A stretch of DNA of 64,000 nucleotides, taken from assembly GCA_965248355.1 (NCBI GenBank), contig OZ252098.1:704001-768000 (forward strand), written 5' to 3'. Under the pieces are notes generated by a model. It saw nothing but the letters and a program-made list of their open reading frames with translations. It searched no databases and was not told where the DNA came from. Shown here piece by piece: positions 58,272 through 64,000 of the stretch. This DNA is from Candidatus Latescibacterota bacterium. Its GTDB lineage: Bacteria; Latescibacterota; UBA2968; UBA8231. Each line of letters begins with the position of its first letter. Within the stretch, counting starts at the first letter, position 1. The translations under genes were made by a program, and so were the position numbers.

Positions 58272-59566
58272 TTACGTCGATTCGACTCGTGAACTTCAAG
58301 AACTTCGCCGACGAGACCCTGCGCGTCGGCCCGTTTACAGTAATCGTGGGCGCGAACGCCAGCGGCAAGAGCAATATCCGCGACGCCTTCCGCTTCCTGC
58401 ACGGCATCGGCCGGGGCTATACGCTGGCGGAGATCATCGGAGGTAAGTTCGGCCCTGGCGGACAGCGGGAATGGGAGCCGATCCGGGGTGCCCCGAACGA
58501 GATCGTAAGGCTTGAGCAAGCTGCCTCTGCGGTGTCCAATTCGGCGAAGGTGCCCTTCCACCGATCCTACCAGACATCTGAGTTCGCCATTCATCTCGAA
58601 TTCAAGTGGGAGGAGGGGGTTAGGATATGCTATTTGATCAGGGTGGGATCTGATCCACAGAGTCCTGAGGGGTTTAAGGTTCTAGAAGAAACGTTGACGA
58701 AGAGACCAGATACTGGGACCGAAGTGCCTCATCTCCCGGAGAAAAGTTGCGATCTGGGCCTATGTCTATTAAAGGGAACAGATTCCGGTGTGGAGATCGC
58801 AAGCCCGTCCATACCGAGCCTGACCCGAGTGCAGGAAAGTGATGTAGGAGAAGAGATGTGGCATGTGGCTGACGAGTTGCATTATACTCTTTCCCAGATG
58901 GGATTCTCGGAACTGTCTCCCGAGCGGATGCGGGAGCCTTCCTTTCCTGGTGCCAACATTCTGGGGCCATCGGGAGAGAATCTTCCGACGGTAATGGAGG
59001 GGATTTGCGCATCACCTGGGAAGAGAAGGGTTCTGGCGGAGTGGCTCGGAGAACTGACTCCAATGGATGTCCAGGATTTCGTTTTCCCTCGTGATCCCAG
59101 CGGGCGGGTCCATCTCATGATCCGCGAGACAAGTGGAAGAACTGTTTCCGCCTACAGTGCTTCGGATGGCACGCTCCGGTTCCTTGCCCTGCTGGCAATG
59201 TTGCTCCGGGACAGTTCCAAGGGCTTGTATTTCTTCGAGGAGATCGACACGGGCATCCACCCAGCGCGTCAATCGCTCTTGCTGGAACTGATCGAGAAGC
59301 AGGCTACAAAAGGGGGAGTTCAGATGATCACCACCACCCATGCGCCGGATCTGCTGACCCTTGTCAACGACACCACCTTCGAGGACATGTCCATCGTTTG
59401 CCGGTTGGAAGACTCGGACGACGCCATCATTCGTCAGGTGGCTGAACTGCCCAACGCGAGGAGATTGCGTAAGTCCGGAAGCGGGCTGGGAGGGCTGCTC
59501 ATCGAAGGCTGGATGGAAACCGCACTGGCTTTCACTGAGAAGAACGACAAGGGGGATGGAGGGTGA
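58268..59566 (+). CDS. ABC-type ATPase no. 2
   Basis: GANASGKSN, ASDGT, FEEIDTGIHP, TTHAP; ATGA coupling. Confidence 0.9.
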   Translation: MITSIRLVNFKNFADETLRVGPFTVIVGANASGKSNIRDAFRFLHGIGRGYTLAEIIGGKFGPGGQREWEPIRGAPNEIVRLEQAASAVSNSAKVPFHRSYQTSEFAIHLEFKWEEGVRICYLIRVGSDPQSPEGFKVLEETLTKRPDTGTEVPHLPEKSCDLGLCLLKGTDSGVEIASPSIPSLTRVQESDVGEEMWHVADELHYTLSQMGFSELSPERMREPSFPGANILGPSGENLPTVMEGICASPGKRRVLAEWLGELTPMDVQDFVFPRDPSGRVHLMIRETSGRTVSAYSASDGTLRFLALLAMLLRDSSKGLYFFEEIDTGIHPARQSLLLELIEKQATKGGVQMITTTHAPDLLTLVNDTTFEDMSIVCRLEDSDDAIIRQVAELPNARRLRKSGSGLGGLLIEGWMETALAFTEKNDKGDGG

Positions 59567-60135
59567 ACGTCCTTATCATCCCCGAAGATTTCCGCAATGA
59601 TCAGTACATCCTGAAGCCTCTCTTCTCGCGGTTCTTTCGATCTATTGGGAAGTCTCGTGTGCGTGTCAGAGTCTGCCGTGATCCTCTGCTTGGCGGCTAC
59701 GTGGAAGCGTTAAGGTCAGAGCGTATCGCGGAGGTCGTCAGAAGGCATTGGGGAATGACGGATGTCTTCGTCCTTATCATAGATCGTGACGGGGACAGGA
59801 ATCGGCGCCAGAGTCTCGATCGCCTCGAAGAGCAATTTGGCTGCGAGCAGATCTTCCTGGGGGAGAATGCCTGGGAGGAGATCGAAACCTGGGTCCTCGC
59901 GGGCCTGGACTTGCCGGGTGATTGGAGCTGGGCGGAGGTCCGCTCGGAGATCCACGTGAAGGAAGAGTACTTCGACCGGCTTGTCGTCGAACGCGGCTTG
60001 TCAGACGCGCCCGGCGGTGGCCGTAAGCCTCTGGGAGAAGAGGCATCGCGCCGGATCGATGCGATCCGACAGAAGTGCCCCGAGGACTTCGATGCACTTG
60101 CCAAGCGTCTGGGGACCGCTGCCGGCGTCACATGA
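59563..60135 (+). CDS. TOPRIM-like partner protein no. 2
   Basis: IPED, IDRDGD, EIETWVLAG; GTGA coupling. Confidence 0.65.
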   Translation: MNVLIIPEDFRNDQYILKPLFSRFFRSIGKSRVRVRVCRDPLLGGYVEALRSERIAEVVRRHWGMTDVFVLIIDRDGDRNRRQSLDRLEEQFGCEQIFLGENAWEEIETWVLAGLDLPGDWSWAEVRSEIHVKEEYFDRLVVERGLSDAPGGGRKPLGEEASRRIDAIRQKCPEDFDALAKRLGTAAGVT

Positions 60136-60147
60136 GGAGAGCATCAA

Positions 60148-60458
60148 GTGCTTGATCAGAACACCCTGGATGACATCATCCGGCGCATCGTGGAGGTCGC
60201 GCAGCCGGAGCGCATCGTCCTCTTCGGGTCCGCCACCGGGGCGTCATGACACGGAACAGCGATGTGGATCTTCTCATCATCAAGGAGGGGGGGGACGCGA
60301 ATCTCAGGACCCGGATCTACGAGAAGCTGTACGGCGTTCCCGTCGCGGTCGATGCGATCCTGGTTTCGCCGGCGGACGTAGAGCGCTACAAGGACAGCCA
60401 TGCGTTGGTCATCAAGCCGGCGCTGGAGGAGGGAAGGGTGGTCTATGAGTCCACCTGA
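60148..60458 (+). pseudogene. Minimal nucleotidyltransferase (MNT) antitoxin, frameshifted
   Basis: IVLFGSA, then a frameshift at about 60238, then (RG)VMTRNSDVDLLII...EG.VVYE. Confidence 0.8.
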
Positions 60459-60585
60459 GCGGTTTCCGCGGGATGATCCGCGCTGTCCAGGCCTTGACCG
60501 GCCGGTGTCCGAAGAGGCGCACCAGGATGCGACAGAGATCGCTCAGGCTGTAATCCAGTGGGCGGAGGAGCGGCTGCCAAGATGA
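60445..60585 (+). pseudogene. HEPN toxin remnant with a large internal deletion
   Basis: Only N-terminal MSPPERFPRDDPR and C-terminal PGLDRPVSEE...IAQAVIQWAEERL remain (46 aa). Confidence 0.65.
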
Positions 60586-61865
60586 TCACATTGGTCGAAG
60601 CCTTGAATTATCGATGCCTCCGGTACGTCTCGAGGCCGCTCGGTCCGTTCCACGTCCTCGTTGGGCCGAACGCTTCCGGCAAGACGACCTTTCTCGATGT
60701 CGTCGGCTTTTTTCGGGACCTGATGTCGGAAGGGCTGGATGAGGCGGTCTCGAGCCGGACCAGGAATCCGAAGGACCTCCTCTTCTTGCGTTTGGGCGAC
60801 AGGTTTGAGTTGGCCCTCGAGGCACGTATCCCCGATGAATTGCGTGAGCGGACGGCGAGACCGGAGCTGGACACGGCTCGGTATGAGGTCGCGGTCGGTT
60901 TCGACGAAACGCAGCGCCAGTTCGAGCTGAAGGCCGAGAAGTTCCTGCTCAAGGGAAGGCAGGAGGTGGAACTACCACCGCGCTCCCTGTTTCCCATGTC
61001 TTCCCGCCCACCCGATTCCCTGCTGCGGCCTGAGGGACTTGGGGATAGAATGGTCGTTTCCAATAGAGCACCGCATGAGGGACTGCAGAATGATATGGTG
61101 CTTTACGGGGAGACCGAGGATACCGAGGGGCAGGGTTTCAACCTCTGGTTCAAACTCGGAGCGAGGAACTCGGGGCTCGGCAATCTCCCGGAGGACACGA
61201 ACTCCTTTCCTGTTGGAGTGTGGTTCCGCGAACTACTGGGCACGGGTGTGCAGCAGTTCGTCCTCAACAGCTTGGCCATCAGAAAACCGAGCCCGCCGAT
61301 CCGGGTCACGGGGTTTTCCCCCGACGGATCGAATCTGCCCTGGGTCGTGGACCGTCTGAGGCAGGAGAATGGGGCCAGGTTCCAGGACTGGATGAACCAC
61401 CTGCGAACGGTGCTCCCGGATCTGGAGGAGATCTCGACGGTTGAACGCCCGGAGGACAGGCATTGCTACATGGTCTACGAGTACCATGGCGGGCTGAAAG
61501 TCCCTTCCTGGCTGGTATCCGACGGCACCCTCCGGCTGACAGCGCTGACCCTTCCCGCCTACCTGGAGGATCTCCAAGGGATCTTCCTGGTCGAGGAGCC
61601 CGAGAACGGGATCCATCCAGGCGCCGTAGCCGCCGTGCATGACTCCCTTTCCTCCATCTATGGTGCTCAGGTTCTGCTGGCGACTCATTCTCCGCTGCTA
61701 TTGAACGCCGCTGGATCGGGTGACGTGCTGTGCTTTGCCAAGGCTGACAGGGGAGCGACCGACATCGTGCTGGGTACCGAACATCCCATGCTCCAACAGT
61801 GGCGTGGAGACGTCAATCTCGGCACGCTGCTCGCGTCGGGGATTCTGGGGGGACTGAAGAAATGA
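60582..61865 (+). CDS. ABC-type ATPase no. 3 (resembles MADS Mad3), with no partner gene
   Basis: NYRCLRY, VGPNASGKTTFLD, VSDGTLRL, EEPENGIHP, ATHSP, W.G.V.LGTL.ASG.LG tail. Confidence 0.85.
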   Translation: MITLVEALNYRCLRYVSRPLGPFHVLVGPNASGKTTFLDVVGFFRDLMSEGLDEAVSSRTRNPKDLLFLRLGDRFELALEARIPDELRERTARPELDTARYEVAVGFDETQRQFELKAEKFLLKGRQEVELPPRSLFPMSSRPPDSLLRPEGLGDRMVVSNRAPHEGLQNDMVLYGETEDTEGQGFNLWFKLGARNSGLGNLPEDTNSFPVGVWFRELLGTGVQQFVLNSLAIRKPSPPIRVTGFSPDGSNLPWVVDRLRQENGARFQDWMNHLRTVLPDLEEISTVERPEDRHCYMVYEYHGGLKVPSWLVSDGTLRLTALTLPAYLEDLQGIFLVEEPENGIHPGAVAAVHDSLSSIYGAQVLLATHSPLLLNAAGSGDVLCFAKADRGATDIVLGTEHPMLQQWRGDVNLGTLLASGILGGLKK

Positions 61866-63184
61866 CCAAGATAGAGGGGTTTCGAGTAAGAAACTTTAAG
61901 CTGCTCAAGGATGTGACATTGGGCCGCTTGTGGAACCAGCGGGAGGAGCGGCCTCTCACTCCCATGACGGCGGTAATCGGCAGGAACGGAGTAGGGAAGA
62001 GTGTTCTCTTCGATGCATTCGGATTCCTCGCCGACGCCTTGAGACTCGGTGTCGAAGAGGCTTGCGACGCCCGCGGTCGCGGCGGCTTCGAGAAGCTGCG
62101 GACCCAGGGAGAGACGGGGCCTATCGAGTTCGAGGTGTACTATCGGGAACATGGCAACGCCCGGCCGATAACCTATGAGATCGCCATTGAAGCAGACGAG
62201 TCGGGGCGTCCCTGCGTGTCGCGGGAGCGTCTCAGGCAGAGAAGGAGAAACCAGAGCTATGGTCGACCGTTCTCGTTCCTGTGGCTGAATGACGGCCGGG
62301 GTGTGGCATGGAAGGGAGAGGAGGGGTACGAAGCGAAGGACATCCACATGAGGGGCTTGGTGGACGAAGCAATCGCGGAAGAGGATATCGAGAAGAAGCG
62401 ATCGAAGGTGGAAGAGCTGATAAGGCTGATCAGGGAGGAGGAGCCCAACGAGACCGAACAGATCGAGTTGGAGGACCCCCACAGGCTTGGCATTGCTACG
62501 GTTGGCGCCTTGAAGCAACATCCGAGAATCTCCGCATTCCGCCGCTTTATCGAAGGATGGTACCTGAGTTACTTCACTCCGGCCGCGGCTCGCAGCTTGC
62601 CCTTGGCCGGCCCTCAGAAGCATCTGAATATCCAGGGTGACAATCTCGGCAACGTCGTGCAATTCCTGGAGCGCGAACATCCGCAACGTTTCAAGGCCGT
62701 CCTGAAGGAGATTGCCGGAAGGATTCCGGGCATAAACGAAATCGACACGGAACCAACCAGTGACGGCAGGCTGCTCCTGCGGTTCAACGACAGGAGCTTT
62801 CAGGATCCCTTCTATGCCCAGGAAGTATCCGATGGAACGCTGAAAGTATTCGCCTACCTGCTGCTGCTCGAAGATCCGGATCCGGCCCCGTTTCTCTGCA
62901 TCGAGGAGCCGGAGAACGGCCTCTATCACAAGCTCCTGGAGACCTTGGCCAACGAATTCCGGGAACATGCGAGCGGAAGCAAAGGCTCGCAGGTCTTCGT
63001 TACGACCCACCAGCCGTATTTCGTGGACGCACTCTCCCCGGAGGAGGTCTGGATCCTGGAGAAGGGTGAGGATGGTTTTTCAAAGATTCGACGAGCCAGC
63101 GACGATCCAACTGTGAACAACATGGTCGAGGAAGGATTGCCGTTGGGCGGTCTTTGGTTCAGCGAGTACCTCGACGCGAGGTGA
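61862..63184 (+). CDS. ABC-type ATPase no. 4
   Basis: GRNGVGKS, VSDGTLK, IEEPENGLYH, TTHQP; ATGA coupling. Confidence 0.9.
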   Translation: MTKIEGFRVRNFKLLKDVTLGRLWNQREERPLTPMTAVIGRNGVGKSVLFDAFGFLADALRLGVEEACDARGRGGFEKLRTQGETGPIEFEVYYREHGNARPITYEIAIEADESGRPCVSRERLRQRRRNQSYGRPFSFLWLNDGRGVAWKGEEGYEAKDIHMRGLVDEAIAEEDIEKKRSKVEELIRLIREEEPNETEQIELEDPHRLGIATVGALKQHPRISAFRRFIEGWYLSYFTPAAARSLPLAGPQKHLNIQGDNLGNVVQFLEREHPQRFKAVLKEIAGRIPGINEIDTEPTSDGRLLLRFNDRSFQDPFYAQEVSDGTLKVFAYLLLLEDPDPAPFLCIEEPENGLYHKLLETLANEFREHASGSKGSQVFVTTHQPYFVDALSPEEVWILEKGEDGFSKIRRASDDPTVNNMVEEGLPLGGLWFSEYLDAR

Positions 63185-63855
63185 TCAGAGTGCACTTCGA
63201 GATCCTTGTCGAAGATATTTCGGGCAAGCGAGCGCTGGAGATCCTGGTTCCGAAGATCGTGGACGACCAGCACACCTTCCGGGTTCATGCGTACAGAGGA
63301 GTCGGGCGCATTCCAAGGGGGTTGACGCGTGGAACTGAGGCAAAGTGGCGCTTCCTGCTCGACCAGCTTCCGAGGTTGCTCGGGGGATATGGGAGGACAT
63401 TTGCCGGGTATCCCGCCAACTACCGCGCCGTGGTGATCGTGGTCTGCGACCTGGATGACAGGTGCCGGAGAGCCTTCCGTCGCGAGCTCCTGGAAGTCCT
63501 GGAGGACTGTAGCCCGAGACCGGAGACCCGCTTCTGCATCGCCATAGAAGAGGGGGAGGCCTGGCTGCTGGGCGACCTTCCCGCGATCAAGGCAGCCTAT
63601 CCGCAGGCCAGGGAGGACGTCCTCAAGCGTTACAGGAACGACTCGATTTGCGGAACCTGGGAATGTCTCGCGGACGCCGTCTTCAGGGGCGGATCGAGTG
63701 TGCTGAAAGGGAAGGGGTGGTGGGCAGTGGGCGGGCAAAAGTCAGCATGGGCGGAGAGAATCGTCCCGGAGATGGACGTCGAAAACAACGCGTCGCCCAG
63801 TTTTCGGTACTTCAAGGAGAAGATCATGGAGCTTGCCAAGGAGCGGACGACATGA
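63181..63855 (+). CDS. TOPRIM-like partner protein (DUF4276-like) no. 3
   Basis: ILVEDISG, VCDLDD, IEEGEAWLLGD, N.SPSF..F. Confidence 0.75.
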   Translation: MIRVHFEILVEDISGKRALEILVPKIVDDQHTFRVHAYRGVGRIPRGLTRGTEAKWRFLLDQLPRLLGGYGRTFAGYPANYRAVVIVVCDLDDRCRRAFRRELLEVLEDCSPRPETRFCIAIEEGEAWLLGDLPAIKAAYPQAREDVLKRYRNDSICGTWECLADAVFRGGSSVLKGKGWWAVGGQKSAWAERIVPEMDVENNASPSFRYFKEKIMELAKERTT

Positions 63856-64000
63856 CAACCAAGACATCCCGGAAGCCCTGGCACGAGGTGGTGCAACTGC
63901 GCGACGACCTGAAGACGGGGGAGCTGTCCCTGGCTGTCTTCGCCGCTGACCTCTACGACGTGGTCATGCAGAGGGGGCAGCGGCCGGTGTACGAGCAGCC
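63852..64000 (+). CDS. DUF499 AAA+ ATPase, N-terminus only (cut off by the window end)
   Basis: MTTKTSRKPWHEVVQLRDDLKTGELSLAVFAADLYDVV matches the PW..V...R.D...G.....FAADL start of DUF499 proteins; ATGA coupling. Confidence 0.8.
   Translation, partial: MTTKTSRKPWHEVVQLRDDLKTGELSLAVFAADLYDVVMQRGQRPVYEQ

Overview
High-GC (visually about 70%) bacterial chromosome segment. Its ankyrin and WD40 proteins, FlgD-like C-terminal domain, phytanoyl-CoA dioxygenase, sialidase and DUF6785-type genes suggest a Latescibacterota/Gemmatimonadota-like lineage, possibly host-associated; this is inference only. Layout: (1) 1-10.1 kb: housekeeping and catabolic genes plus a MacAB-like exporter. (2) 10.2-24.7 kb: a lower-GC island with an AlbA_2/Schlafen-domain gene and a coupled SNF2 helicase, Mre11/SbcD-like nuclease and YhaN/Rad50-like ATPase operon. 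The operon is decaying, with four IS insertions (IS256 carrying a nested ISKra4-like element, ISAzo13, IS630; ends and target duplications all readable), a frameshift and an internal deletion. (3) 24.7-49.4 kb: a patchwork of WD40/ankyrin genes, malate synthase, toxin-antitoxin modules and remnants, and sugar-catabolic genes. (4) 49.5-64 kb: the start of a BREX-related restriction-like operon (HTH-SNF2-DUF3883 helicase-nuclease, DUF1156 adenine methylase, DUF499 ATPase cut off by the window end). Four divergent ABC-type ATPases, three TOPRIM-like partners and a dead MNT-HEPN pair sit between its core genes, nearly all translationally coupled. This is the best candidate for an undescribed composite defence system. 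No rRNA, tRNA or CRISPR array was seen. All family calls come from motif recognition by eye, not database searches.
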